DNA of 64,000 bases from Ascidiella aspersa (lineage: Eukaryota), in NCBI GenBank assembly GCA_963924565.1, contig OZ004608.1:31992001-32056000 (forward strand), given 5' to 3'. The notes beneath the pieces were generated by a model. It ran no database searches. It saw only the letters and a list, made by a program, of their open reading frames with translations, and was not told where the DNA came from. A program made the position numbers and the translations under genes. Shown piece after piece: positions 10,805 through 24,009 of the stretch. How positions within the stretch are numbered: position 1 is the first letter of the stretch; the number at the start of each line of letters is the position of its first letter.

Positions 10805-11722
10805 ATGGACAATGAAAGCATCAGCCAATTCTTCTTGGACAAACTGCAAGACAAGCAAACTTCATCAGCGATTGCTGCCATACAAACCTTACTGGAATGC
10901 CTGCGCAAAGACACTGCTGAAACATTGGCAGGGTTGCTGGACAGCCTTAAAGCGGCCATTAAAGTGCTGGTGGACACCGATTGCATTGCGAGTACTTCAG
11001 TTTCATCTGGTGCTGATCTCTTCTTAAGGTTTATTACATTGAGCGCATCACTAGAATCATCAGACTTTCTTCAAGTGAAAGAAGTCTTAACCACCAGGGG
11101 CGAATTGTTTCTTCAGAAAGTCTTAGGTTGTCGACAAAAAATCGCACAGCTAGGAGTGCCGTTTATCAAGGATGGAACAGTGATATTGACCCATTCAAAT
11201 TCAAGGGTGGTTGCTTCTGTGCTAATAAAAGCAGCATCTGCATGCAAGCGATTTTCTGTGTACATTACGGAGTCCTGTCCTGATGAATCTGGAATCGAAA
11301 TGGCCAAAATGCTCAGACAACATGGCATACCAGTAACTGTAATACTGGATGCAGCGGCTGGATATATTTTGGAGAAGGTTGATTTGGTTTTAGTGGGTGC
11401 TGAAGGTGTTGTCGAGAATGGAGGCATTATAAACAAAATTGGCAGTTATCAAATAGCACTATGTGCTAAGACGCTAAACAAACCCCTTTATGTTGTTGCG
11501 GAGAGCTTCAAGTTTGTCAGGCTCTTTCCATTGAATCAAAAAGACCTGCCTGACCAATTTAAATACAAGGCGTCGGTTTTAAAATGCGACAAAGTGGATT
11601 TAAATCACGAGCACCCCACTGTGGACTACACCCCACCATCTCTTATAAGCCTTTTAATCACTGACCTTGGTGTGCTGACACCATCTGCAGTGAGTGATGA
11701 ACTTATTAAACTTTACTTGTGA
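10805..11722 (+). CDS. EIF2B1: Translation initiation factor eIF2B alpha subunit, 305 aa, intronless CDS
   Basis: IF-2B family motifs [43 protein letters not shown] and [19 protein letters not shown]; typical length. Confidence 0.97.
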   Translation: MDNESISQFFLDKLQDKQTSSAIAAIQTLLECLRKDTAETLAGLLDSLKAAIKVLVDTDCIASTSVSSGADLFLRFITLSASLESSDFLQVKEVLTTRGELFLQKVLGCRQKIAQLGVPFIKDGTVILTHSNSRVVASVLIKAASACKRFSVYITESCPDESGIEMAKMLRQHGIPVTVILDAAAGYILEKVDLVLVGAEGVVENGGIINKIGSYQIALCAKTLNKPLYVVAESFKFVRLFPLNQKDLPDQFKYKASVLKCDKVDLNHEHPTVDYTPPSLISLLITDLGVLTPSAVSDELIKLYL

Positions 11723-12538
11723 TATCACTGTTTCTTAAAATTATTTTTTCCGTACATTTGGAAGTTGCTGTGACTTTACAGGAAATAAGTTCTGGTGATT
11801 GAAATAAAATGAGCGCATGTATATCGCTTGGTAAAACATGTTAAAAAGCAGTTTGGCAACTAACAAAAACACAATTATTACAACAAAATTTTAATTGTAC
11901 AGACTCTCTACAAACATGTTGCAGTTAATAGTTTTGCAAATACATTATTGACACAGCAGTGAAATAAAAATCAAAATAATTGCCAATATTGGCAGAGATA
12001 AACAGCTTTCAATACAAATCCTTAGTTAAGTTTGCAAAAGGAAAAATATTTGTCAAAACATTTTATACAAATAACAATAAACTTTTCATAATTGACATAA
12101 AATATGGCACTGTATTTCAGTCGATTAAACATGGCTGTTTTTTATCTAGATATTAAATAAGACAGTATCACTGTGATATTACAGAACAAATATTGTTCGC
12201 AGTTTGGTAACAATGTTTTCAAGTTTTTTTTTAACTTTCCAATACAATATATTAAGAAGGTTTGGACAGAAAACAATGAGAACTATGCTGTCTAATTAAA
12301 ATATTATATATAGTTTAGTTTACGTAGACATTGTTATGATTGATATTGGATTGAAAGGCTGCCATTTTAGCTAAACTATAGTGTATAAAAAAGTGTGAGA
12401 CGTCCTTAGGAATACTAAACTGGGTTGAAAAGTAAAAGAGCATTATTTTACTACTCTCGGCCAAAACACTTTGCATTTGAACTGTAACAGGTCAGCATAA
12501 AATCAAGCCGAAATATTTATAAAAATGTCAGGCATTAC

Positions 12539-15500
12539 TCAGTCACTAGAAGTGCTGCTGGAATTCGATGAATCTGAAGAGGAGTCTTCAGTCGGGGATG
12601 GCGGTCGTCGCTTCCGCTTTAACATGGGAGAGTAACTCAAGGATCGGGAATGCTGTCGTTTGCTGCTACGTTTGTCGTCTTTGGACGACGCCTTGGTTTT
12701 AACCGGATTCTTTCGCCTCGGAGGAGACACGGACGGTGACGTTATTTGACGCTTTCTGGGCGGACTTGGAGACGAAGTGCTTTGCCTTCTTTGGATCTTG
12801 GAGCGGACTGTCAATCTTCGAGGCGGAGACGAATCTGATGTGGATGATTCATCATTCACCAGTTGCCTGGCAACGATATCGGCAATATCTTCACTGGAAC
12901 TGGACGAAGTTGACGATGATGAAGCTGCTCTGGTCCTGTGAGATTTACGCTCTTTGCTTTCACCTGATTTTGATGATTGCTTTCTTTTAGGGAGATCATC
13001 TTCTTTCCTGCTTCTGGAAGTATGCTTTGTTCTCGGACTATGGCCCCTTTCATTTGTTCTTGAACGATTTTTAGGAGTCAAAGACCTTGATCTTCTTCGT
13101 CGACTTGCAACAGGAGAACTTCTCCGATTTTCGGTTTTGCTCTTAGTTTTTTGTTCCCTAACTTTACGTTCCTGTGAGGAGTCGGATTCAGAAGATACTT
13201 CGGTTTGTTTTCTTTTACCCTGTCTTGCTTTTGGAACTGGAGCGTCGCTGTCCGAAGATTCTTCACTTGATGAAGAAACTTGCTTGCGATGTTTCGATTG
13301 TTTGTTAGACCCCCGACTCGGTGGTTTCTTTTTTTGTTTGGCAATTTCTTCGGATGCAGATTCACTGGAAGAACTGGATGAATCCATTCGTTTACGTTTT
13401 ACTTCTTTGGACTTGCGGGATAACTTCTCAGCGCGCTGACGCTCAAGTGCCTTTTCCGCCAAGTAACTTCGCTTTGCCTTGCTGTATGTGCCCGTATCTG
13501 ATTCAGAGCTTGATGCTTTGTCCCTATTATGTTTGGATCTTCTTACAGGGGATCGAGGCTTTTGTACTCTTTTTACTTCTTTTTTGCTGTCATGTTGCCG
13601 TATTTTGCTATGGGAGTGTTTGACCTGTATTTCATTATCAGAGTCTTCAGAACTATCAGAATCAGAGCTCGCCTGTTGTTTTTTCTTGGCAACATGAACT
13701 CGTTTTCTGTTCTTTTCGGATTCCCTGGAAGAAATTTTTTTGTCAGAGTCAGAGCTCGATTGTTGTATTTTCTTGGCAACATGAACTCGTTTTCTGTTCT
13801 TTTCAGCTTCTCTGGAAGATACTTTCCTGTCAAAGTCAGAGCTTGATTGTTGTCTTTTCTTGGCGACATGAACTTGTTTCCTCTTCTTTTCAGCCTCTCT
13901 GGAAGATATTTTTCTGTCAGAGTCTGATGACGAAGAGGTTGATGATGATGGACTCTGATCTTTGGAAATATAGGCTTTCTTTCTTCCAGGCTGTGGTGCT
14001 CGCTTGGCAGCAGGCTCTTGTTGGTCTGAATCTGATGATGATTCACTCTCACTACTACTATTGCTTTTGGTTGGTTTGGACCTTTTGTCTGTAGGTTTTT
14101 GATGGCTGTTTAAAGGCCGTCGTTCAATAGAACGTCCTTCATGTTGCCTAGCTCTGCTGTTACTGTTGTCGCCATAATGGGCCCTGACAGGGGACCTAGC
14201 TTGTCGTGATGGTGGGGACATTGAGCGGTTATGGTGCCTTGAGACCCTATCCCTTGAATGACGATCTCGTTTTTCTGGTGATCTATTATGTCTGGAGTGG
14301 TTTCTTCTCTCCTCACGAGGTCTTGACGATTGAGCACCAGTGCCTCTTCTGTGGCGCATTTCTGGCGATGGGGAACGTCTGGTCATTCGTCTTTCATGGG
14401 ACTTTGACCTACTTGGCCTGTCTCTATGCGTTCCACGGTCGGGTCTCTCTTGGAGCTTCCTCTGATTGTGTCTTTCGAAAGAAGGAGAGCTATTTCTTTG
14501 GGCATAGTGGGATGTTCTTGAGTCTCTCTGTTGAACATGGTGCACTCTTGGGGGAGAGGGAGACCTTGTGCGTTGGTTTCTATCATTTGGTGGTGACAAG
14601 TGTCTACGGCGCACTTGCTTGTTTGGGCTTTCATCTGATTCTGAATCTTTATTCTCTACTGTTTTTTTGCTATGTCTTTGTTTGATTTCTTCTTCTTCTT
14701 CTGAAGAGCTGCTAGATGAAGAGGAACTGCTTTTTGCTTTCTTCTTCCTAGTTTTTGTTTTTTTCTTTTTCACATTGACATTTGAATCCTCTGAGTCGGA
14801 ACTGCTGGAATCAGAGCTACTCGAGGATGAGACCTGTTTGCGGCGTTTCTTTTGCTTCTTCTTATCGTTGTTTATTTGTTCAACCGAAGGTGGGGAGTGG
14901 CTTGGTGATTTCACGATATCGTACCTCTTTGCCTCTTCCCCTTCACCCTTTGCCATGTTACCAGCAAACGAACTGCCCTTCACATAGTCCTTGCGAATTC
15001 CGAAGGCATCTCGGATCTTTTCATTTTCCCGTTCTTTCATTTCGGCTACTTGGTGAGTTTCGGAAACAACCGGCCGACCAGTCGAATCCTCTTTTCCGGG
15101 AAGACACTCCTGATTTTCGAGTAACATTTGACGATAGGACTCTACTTTTTCATTGATTTCTTTCTCATCATACCCTTGCTCCTCCATAAGATCCTGTTAA
15201 GATAAAATAGATTTGCAGTTTTAACAAAGAAGAAGTTTAGTAATTTATTAATCATGCAGAAATGTGCACAAACATGTTTTCTAATTGTGTTATTAATTTA
15301 ACAGAGGGCCTCATTAATTGTCCAGTCTGTACGTACTCAAATTCAGTATTGTAAACATGTGATTTTCGAAAAAATCAAGTCATTTGTTACCCAAGTTGAG
15401 TTCAAGTCGAATCATTGGCATTAAAAATAAATGTTAAACTATTAAAAATAATAAATTCATTATCTTTCGAATCAACGTTGTCCATAGCAAGCATCCAAAA

Positions 15501-16465
15501 AGAAACAAAAGGCAAGCAAATTTGTTAAAAAAATTGTAAAAAAAAACAACTAACAGGTTAATGCCAGTCATTTACCCTAATGACCTAAATCCTTTAGTGC
15601 ATTAAAGTTAAGTTATTTATTACAATACTGTGCAAAATGCAAAACATTTGGATACTTAATAATTATTGTTTTACGAACTTTTTATAGCTTGGCATAGCTC
15701 TATAAAGCCACTTACAAATTTGCTTTCTGGTTGGGTTTTTTATTTTACACAAAAGTACATATTTTTGATCAGTTTTTATGCAATTGTAATACCTTTCCAT
15801 TATATAATGGATTAAAAAGTGCCTGTTTTTCTATGGGCAGTAGTAAAAAACATAATAACGATAACACATCAAGTGAGATGTAAAATTTGATTTACCTGCA
15901 ACTCCATGCATTTCACTTCAGCTCTGCGTTTCAAATCATGCAAAATGAGTTCCGCGTTAGGTTTTCTTTCAAGTCTAAAAACCAAGTTAGATTAATGAGC
16001 TGCATCAATAACAAGAATTAATTAATGGCTGATCCAATGAAAAACTCGCACAACAAAAGATAATTTCTTCTCGATAAACCAAGCATAAAGTAATTTACTT
16101 TTTAAAAATGAGGATCAACACTTAGTTTGCAATATTAAGCTATGAAACAAATTTTGCTGATATTTCATGGTAGGGTTATGTTTTTAATTGGATACATGGC
16201 TTTTAAAATCGTTATAAGACAAAATCCTTATAGGTGATAAATATTAACGATTACAATGTGATAAATATTGACGATTACAAGTTGCCAATATTGGTAAAAT
16301 TAAGGTGCAACATGGTGCTTACCTGGAATCCAACTTTGCTAGTTCTTCGTCTGTTTTGAATCCAACTTTGTCCTTAATTCTTCGAACGACTGAAAGATTT
16401 CTTTGCACGAAGCCATTTGTACCACTGCCTCGGACAGTAGTCAAACCAATGCCATTGTATGACAT
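12539..16465 (-). CDS. SRRM2: SRRM2/CWC21-like splicing coactivator, about 958 aa; exons 16465-16323, 15974-15896, 15193-12539
   Basis: Conserved N-terminus MSYNGIGLTTVRGSGTNGFVQRNLS, cwf21 domain (ILHDLKRRAEVKCMELQDLMEEQGYDEKEINEKVESYRQML), long RS/Ser-rich tail; phase-compatible introns. Confidence 0.93.
13655..13935 (-). repeat. Coding tandem repeat, about 3 x 87 bp (29 aa)
   Basis: SSSDSDRKISSREAEKKRKQVHVAKKRQQ repeated three times with few substitutions. Confidence 0.9.
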
Positions 16466-16676
16466 GATCGTTTGTTTACCAAAATAGTGTTTTCAACATA
16501 TATTAAATTGTATCTAAAACAATAAGTTTAAAATTTTGATGCTTGGAACGTTTTTGTGAAAACATTTTAAGATATCCACTGAATTCTATTTTTCCTACAC
16601 ACAAATTTTTTTTTGCTGTGTACACCTTTTAATAGAAAATGACACCATATGAAAGAGATTCGTCTGCATATTTTTA

Positions 16677-16817
16677 GGCGCTGGTCTATATAATCCTATA
16701 CTAATTTTTTTGTCCTGGGTTAGTTAATATTGTTAACATATTTATTCTACCATAAGCATTTCTTTTGACCAGTCGTTTCGTTACTGCAAAAAAGTGGTAG
16801 GATTCTAGACCTGCGCC
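16677..16817. mobile_element. MITE family A copy
   Basis: GGCGCTGGTCTA... / ...GTGGTAGGATTCTAGACCTGCGCC termini. Confidence 0.7.
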
Positions 16818-17411
16818 AGTAATGGCGTGGTAAGAAATTATTATTTGTTAAACAGACTACGGCATTGACTCCAGGTTGAATATTTTTAATACGATAAAAC
16901 GCCGAGCTATTATGTACGAATTTGAATTTTAGAGAATAAACACCTCTACTAGTTATTTACGCTAAAAAAACGTGTCAAACAAGCGTTTATACAAGACGTT
17001 TACACACGGACACATAAAAAGGCAAGCTAAAGCAATCTAGTTTCAACTTTCAAGAATTCATTTTTTTAATTTCTATTACTTTTTAGTTCGGCGACATGTT
17101 GTTCAGGGCCCTCAGGGTGCAGCCATTTTGTGTCTATTGTTTTGTAAAAGAGTGAAAATAACACACTTAATACTAAATTAAATTTGTATTTTAAAACAAA
17201 GTGCTGTATGCGAATGCTGTAAGATCAGGTTTTTGCATTTGAACTCAAAATACGTAAATTTAGTTATACAGACTGCAATACACTTTCTGGTTTGTATTCT
17301 TTTAATCGTTGCCTGTAATCATTACTTTTTTAAGTGCCAAGCTGTTAGTGTTTTTGTTTCGTCTACAATTTATATTTTGTTTTCAGTGAACATACATAGT
17401 TATTCCTAATT

Positions 17412-19371
17412 ATGTCTCGAGTCATGTTGGAGGCTGTTAATCACCTGTTGGCCTCTGGTCAATATAAGAACTGGCTGTCTTTAATCAAAGGAATCCGAAA
17501 TGGAATAGTGTAAGTATATACTTTGTAAAAAATAACCTGTTTGAGTAATGTGTTACAAATTATTGTTCCAGGTATGGAGTCAAAATTAGATTACCACATG
17601 CTCTTGTGATGACATTCCTATTTAAAAGTGCTCCGTAAGTCTGAAGTTTTGTTATTTTTTTACAGAATTTCTGTAACAGCTAAATATTAAAAATTTTGTA
17701 AAGAGTTTTATTTTTGTTGCAACATGTTTTTGTCCACAGATTAAAAGACAAAATCAAAATGATTTTGAGAGCAACGATACAGCATGCCAGGAACCTCGCC
17801 CAGTTTGTGTTCCTGTACAAATTTACGACGGGCACTCTTGTAAGATTGACTTCCACAAAAAAGAGCCAACTGCACGTTGCTGCTGCTGCCTTCATTGCCG
17901 GCTATGTTGTGTTCGGGCAAAACAACCCTATTAACCAACAGGTTTGTTTTAGCCCACACATGTATATACCCAGAATAACATAAACTTTGTGCTAGCTAGT
18001 CTGCATTCTGTCGCAGGTGTACACCTAATATTTTTTATTCAAATTTGTGTGTACACCTGAACTACTATATTGCACACTTTAATTTAAAAAAAAAGTTGGG
18101 TTGTTGGAGGATTTCCAATCTCAGGGGTGTAAAAAACATGATTGCACGCCTTTACAAAATTTAACGATGCACACCTAAGATCTTGGCGGGAGGGGGCCTG
18201 TAATGCAGACCGGTTAGCCAGTGTGACTTCTAGGGTGGTAATGTACATTTGCTAATGTCCAATAGTCAGGGTTTGGATTGTGCAATGGCCTGTTCGCCAA
18301 TCCAAATGCAATTCACTCCGCGGGAGTGATTGACACAAACTTTTGAGTGCTCAAAGCAAACATTTGTTGTTGAACTCAAATTTTGATCGGCGACAAAAAT
18401 AAGACAGAACATAAGATTAAAGGCCAAATATTGTGTAAATCACAAACGATACACACTTGTATAACTACCAATTTTTTAAAAATCTACAAAAAACATGCTG
18501 CAAAGTACTACCTATTCAATTAGTCCATGAAACAATTGAGGTCGGTAATGCAAAACAAAATTTAACCCTGACTTAGAGGTGGGTTACATTAATGCTGCAA
18601 AAGCAATTAGGCAGTCTGAGGTAAATTGGCAGATGGCATACCAACAATTTTAGCGAGTCTTATGTTCTGGTAAGTGCTGATTGCTAGACGCTACCCCGAC
18701 TGGAGAGCGCAAGTATTAATTTAATAACAACCCTGAATTGTGTACATAAGTTTCAAAAACATCTAGGGAAATGTTATGAAAATCTTATCTCTTCAGTTCG
18801 CATTTTGTGTCACTTTTTGTTGAAGTCTCAGGTGTACAGCACCACATTTTCAGGTGTGCAGACTTTATGCACATTCAAGGTTTCAGATCCTACACTACTT
18901 ACCTGATTCCCCAACTTTAGGTGTGCAATTTTCATATTAAAGTGTGCATATAAACTGCTTTAAAAAATCTCCAACATGCACACTGCGAATTCCTGATGAA
19001 ACAACTATGTGATGTTCTTAGTAGACAGTCATACATAAAACTGCGAATAGTTATTTCTCACGAAAAGGCTACAGGCTAATAACAGTATTGTTTTACTTCA
19101 GATCAACATGTACCTACTTTCAAGAATCCTATTTGGGCTATGTCGTCTGGGTTCAGAAAAGGGTTACCTACCCTCCACGGACCCAAAACAAGGGGGCAGG
19201 GACTATTTCCCCCTGTTTGGTGCCACCGTGTGGGGCATTGTTTTGTGGCTGTTTGAATATCACCGTCACACGCTGCAACCTTCTTTGCAGTCATCGATGA
19301 CCTATTTGTATGACGACAGTGATATCTGGCATGACCTTACTGATTTTCTTATTTATAACAAACGTTCTTGA
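17412..19371 (+). CDS. PXMP4: Peroxisomal membrane protein 4 (Tim17/22/23 family), 210 aa; exons 17412-17509, 17572-17634, 17740-17941, 19102-19371
   Basis: Motifs KGIRNGIVYGVKIRLPHALVMTFLF, HARNLAQFV, QINMYLLSRILFGL and LQPSLQSSMTYLYDDS; phase-compatible splice sites. Confidence 0.95.
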
Positions 19372-20720
19372 ATTATCTTAATAGTTTCTTTTAGTTGCAT
19401 TGTTTGTTCAACTACCTTAATTTGCATTTGAAAGCTGCTCTGTAATATTATGCAGTTGTAAAAGTAAATTGTTTACTATTGCAATTTTAATGAAGTATGC
19501 TCTTTTGTGATTTGAAAGCCTTAATCGTGTATTTTTTGAGTCGCTATCCTATGTATCTTTATTTATTTATATAAATGTAGAATAACAAATTATCACCTGC
19601 ACAGGCAAGGATCTATTTTATGTTACTTGGTGGTCAACACAGTTATTGCTATAATGTTAAATTTAATGTGGGTGCTGTTACCCCATTTTTAAGCTATGAA
19701 AATGTTTTGTGAATTGCAGTAACCACACTGTGCTAAAATATCTTCATTGTATATATATATATATATATGCCATTTATGGTGTTGGTACATATTTCATTTC
19801 AAACAGACAAACACAGTTTTGTGTAAGGAGCTTTTACTTGGTATGGCCTGTTCAACTTGTATCAGAATTCAGACTGAACATCGGTTTCTAAAAGCCTTTT
19901 CTACCCGATCATTTAAACTTTAAAATACTTGTGTGTTTTTGTGTGAAATTAAACAACAACTTATTAAAAAAGATGCAATACCTTCTCCACCTGATTTGAA
20001 ATGCAATTCAGTTTATTATACATTTTTTTATTAAAAGCAATAACCTTGAGTTACATGCACAAAACTAAAAAAGCGGTTTTGATTTATTTGTTGCAAAACA
20101 GATGGAGATAAAAAAGTACCATTAGTGCCAGATAGTAAATATTAGGTTGTGGGTAGTACCATTGTGTGGAAATATATCTTAGCGGTAGCATGGCCATTAG
20201 GATAAAAAGCGTGAGGTAGATTTAAAAACTAAAGCTTAAAGCAAATTGTATATGAAGTGTGTAGGGACAGAGGAAAAGTTTAAAATTAAGGTTTATATGA
20301 AGTTTAGTGATTTGCAAACAATTTATATACAAAAAGATGTACTAAAAATGTACAAATAAAGTTAGAACCAACATACTGCATTGTTGCACCAACTTCGAGC
20401 AATAAAATCATAAATTAAAACCGTAACATATTATATATATATATAAGTACTTGTTTTTTACAGTAAAGAAACATATTACACATGTATCTGGTCATGCCAG
20501 AAAAACGACACAACCTTGCATCGCAACTAATATTACAACTAAATGTGAAATAAAGATGGTATCTATCTACAGCATGGGAAGTGACTAAAGTGTTTTAACT
20601 TTTTTTCATATTTATAACATTATCATATTGCGGTGCTGCCAGTTAGCACTGCTCTCATTTTGCTGCGGTGTAGCACATGTATATTTGTGCTTTTAACAGT
20701 GGATGTAACCGTAGCACATA

Positions 20721-23270
20721 TTACATGGCTACTTGGCTTTCAAGGGCGTTTGTAAGTTTTCCAGCATTCACCAATAGCTCATTGATGTACGAGGATGCAG
20801 TGGAAAACACTGGACTCGCCTGTGGTTTCCGCAAGTTGTCATAGGTCTGCGAACCAGAATCTGTTGGAGAAACACCATTTCTGTCTCCGTCCAGCATCAA
20901 ACACTTCAGCTGATCGAGCTGGTCTCGGATATTTTTGTTGTGGTCCTCCAACATTTGAACCTGACTGTCCAGTCTGTCTGAATGATTGTGGAGCACCTGG
21001 GCTTTGGCAGCAAGCTGAAGGTCTGTGACTAGGTTCGTGTCTTTGTTGGGCTGTGACTTAGGAGGCAACGACGGGGCAGGACGGGCATGGCTACTGGTCG
21101 CGACGTAACTACCGCTGAAAGGTATCTCGTCCTGTTTGTGGTTAAACAGCGCAGAGTGTCTGTGCGGAAACTCTGCCGTTTTTGCCGCTGATTTGTCGAA
21201 TCCCACGTTTTCGCAGTACTCCAGAATTAGTCGGTGCTCGTCGTCCATGCCATCGATGAGCGAATTGATTGCCACGTGTTCGTCAAGTTGGGCTAGATGA
21301 CTCGCATATTCCTGGATGCGCGAATGCGTTTCTGATGTTACGTTTCCGCCTATGTCACTGCTTTCGATTTGTGGCGAAGTCGAGCCATCATCGTTATTCT
21401 CTGAATTATTTGGCAGATCTCTACTGATTGCTACTTCGGTCAAATTGGATTGTGGCTTATTGTTGGTTGGTAGCATTTGAACAGGAAGGTAGCCGATATT
21501 TTTCTTACTGCTCCTGCCTTTTATCTTGTTTTTAATTACTTTGGTGAAGTCGCGGATGTTTTCAATTGATGTGGTGGGAAGGCAATACTCGGCCATCGGA
21601 TAACAGAATATGTTTCCATTAGCGATGCGACCGGAGAAGAAGCAACTCTGGCAGATGTCATAGTTGAAGTGGCGCAAGCTTCTGTAACGAAAACCGACGA
21701 TCGGAAACTCCCTACACACCGAACAACGAGCGGGGTGACTTACGTGTTCTGCCGCTGCCAGACGATGAAGTACTGGAAGCCATACAAGTGACTGGGGTTC
21801 AAGTTTCAGCCAGTCGATAAACTGTGCCGAATCCAGCTCGGGTTTTGTACCGACAAGCTGAAAACAGCTTCTTATGCTAGGCTGTGCATTACATCCACCG
21901 AATGCAGGCGATTCTCCAATTTGCCAGGGAATGCGCATGAAGTTTTCAACAATGCATCCCAATGAGCTTTCATCTAAAAAGCCGGCAGAGGTTGCATTCT
22001 GGCGGAAAATGTAACGGTACTTATCTTCCAGATTTGCCTTGCACAGGGAAATTAGGGCTATCTTAAAGGAAGCGGATCCGATTCGTCCATGACGCTTTGT
22101 GTCAAAAACATTGAGGATCCAGCTTAAACACATGTCCACACACAGCGGGACATTTACAAGTGTTTTGTGATCGCTTTCCAGCGAGTCGTAAATAGTGGTA
22201 AGGCATCCGATCATTTCCAGGATTCCCATAAACTGATTGATGACAGGATACTTGAACGAGGAGTTTATCTTGTGCTGCTCAAACGCTATATCAGCAGTTT
22301 GAAGGGGCAGCAAGTCCAAACACAAAGCTTTTTGAAGCCTTCGCAGCTTCATGGCCGTTCTGTAAGCGGAAAAGCGAACGTCGTTTAAATCTGCCATTGA
22401 CTCCATGAGCTCGGCCATTTTTGGGTGATCCCAGCTTGTCGTTTCTTCCTGGTGGTTTATGTAGTACGGCACTTTGTTGTCTGCGACCGCTCGCTCCCAC
22501 GGACCCTCCACTGAGCTGGTGAGAAACAGCTGCGAGTTGGGACCGAAGTCTCTCACGGCGTCGACCAGCTGCTTAAACCTCTCGCCACAAAACACCTGCA
22601 GGAGTTTCCACCTCATGTGGATTTCATCCACCTTATGCACTGCCTCGGCCGACAGTCCCATGTTCATGTCTTTCAGGCTTCCAACCTGTCTGTCAAGGTG
22701 CGCGACGCCGTCCGATAATTCTTTGATCTTCGTCAACTGGAAGTTCTTCATGCTGGCGACCTGATCCTGCAAGGATTCAATCGGAAGGTCCCCGACGTTT
22801 TTCCAAGTGTCCCTCTTAATCTCAAGTTGTTTTAACTTCTCTCTGCAATCCGTAATCTGAATCCAAAGGTTTTTGACGGCAGGAAGGAGTTTCTTGATCT
22901 GCTTCTCCAACTGACCGCTCTTTTTTTGCACAACATACCATTCATTTTCAAGGTCCGCTGCCAATCTTTTCATTGATGCCAGAACCTCATTTTTTTCTTG
23001 CTCCAGGAATCCTGGTTTGTCGGTTGGTGATACGGCTTCAATGTCAATCTGACTGGCAAGAGTTGTTCTCACAGTATCAAGGCTACTTTTGATTACGGAT
23101 TGTTTTGCCTCCAGCTCCAGGATAAGCATTTGATGTTGGTTGTTCTGCTGTTGCAAGATGTTGACGTCGGCAACACACTGCATGACCATGTTGCTGACAT
23201 GTTCGTGTTTAATTTTCAGCCAGTCAAGCAAACCTTCCAAAATCGAGCAGATGTTTTTCCACTCGTTCAT
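20721..23270 (-). CDS. Short dystrophin-family protein (Dp116/DRP2-like: spectrin repeats, WW, EF-hands, ZZ, syntrophin-binding region), 849 aa, intronless CDS
   Basis: WW domain [74 protein letters not shown] and [35 protein letters not shown]. An in-frame TAA lies 15 nt upstream of the ATG. Confidence 0.93.
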   Translation of the reverse strand: MNEWKNICSILEGLLDWLKIKHEHVSNMVMQCVADVNILQQQNNQHQMLILELEAKQSVIKSSLDTVRTTLASQIDIEAVSPTDKPGFLEQEKNEVLASMKRLAADLENEWYVVQKKSGQLEKQIKKLLPAVKNLWIQITDCREKLKQLEIKRDTWKNVGDLPIESLQDQVASMKNFQLTKIKELSDGVAHLDRQVGSLKDMNMGLSAEAVHKVDEIHMRWKLLQVFCGERFKQLVDAVRDFGPNSQLFLTSSVEGPWERAVADNKVPYYINHQEETTSWDHPKMAELMESMADLNDVRFSAYRTAMKLRRLQKALCLDLLPLQTADIAFEQHKINSSFKYPVINQFMGILEMIGCLTTIYDSLESDHKTLVNVPLCVDMCLSWILNVFDTKRHGRIGSASFKIALISLCKANLEDKYRYIFRQNATSAGFLDESSLGCIVENFMRIPWQIGESPAFGGCNAQPSIRSCFQLVGTKPELDSAQFIDWLKLEPQSLVWLPVLHRLAAAEHVSHPARCSVCREFPIVGFRYRSLRHFNYDICQSCFFSGRIANGNIFCYPMAEYCLPTTSIENIRDFTKVIKNKIKGRSSKKNIGYLPVQMLPTNNKPQSNLTEVAISRDLPNNSENNDDGSTSPQIESSDIGGNVTSETHSRIQEYASHLAQLDEHVAINSLIDGMDDEHRLILEYCENVGFDKSAAKTAEFPHRHSALFNHKQDEIPFSGSYVATSSHARPAPSLPPKSQPNKDTNLVTDLQLAAKAQVLHNHSDRLDSQVQMLEDHNKNIRDQLDQLKCLMLDGDRNGVSPTDSGSQTYDNLRKPQASPVFSTASSYINELLVNAGKLTNALESQVAM

Positions 23271-24009
23271 TACGCCTTTAATTTAAAATTTACCTGCAAA
23301 TAAAGACTTATTTTAAAGAACATACTTTTTTAATACAACCTAAATAGCCTTACTATAACTGCTGTATAATTTATTTCAATTGCCAAAAAAAAAATAATTA
23401 AATTACTAGAAGTGCAAATTCGTCAGACCGCAAAAATAGCAGCTAGCATAGTAAACATCAACAATGTTTTCTTCTCTATTTTATTCTAAGTTCGTTTAGA
23501 CGCGAAAGATGATCCCATTTTTCATGATATAGTGTGTATATTGTATAACCTTGTAGTGCAACTGATTGCCGAAATGGAAAAGCACCAGATAGTGCGAAAA
23601 CACATCTCACTGAACACGCTGGTAAGCAGCAGCTGTTTGCTTACGTTGTGACCTACTTTAACCCATTCCCTTAGCAAGGAGACGTGAACTCAAGCGCCCG
23701 ACGTCTTGAAATAGCTGTAACTTTCAAGGTTAATATTCAAAAGCTGGTGCGAAAAATTGGAGCGACATAGCACAACGAGTGATAATGAACATGTTTTAAC
23801 TAAAAATTAAAATTCATAAACATTTAAGCTGTACCTGCGGTTTAAAGTCGCAAATAAAACTCCATCCCGCATAATAAAAATATTTTTCGTTCTCTATCGC
23901 CTCGTGTGCCAACATTGCGAGACAAATGCAATTTAAAACGTTTTTCATTCGCTTTTTCTGATCCGCTGTAAATCTTCTTGATTCTTAATCAATATCGCAT
24001 TTAATCAAA

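Noticed and set aside
12736-15156. Many antisense and alternate-frame ORFs over SRRM2 (also over the poly-Q, dystrophin-like, coiled-coil and CNG exons)
   Set aside because: Expected shadows of low-complexity or GC-rich coding sequence; no independent motifs.
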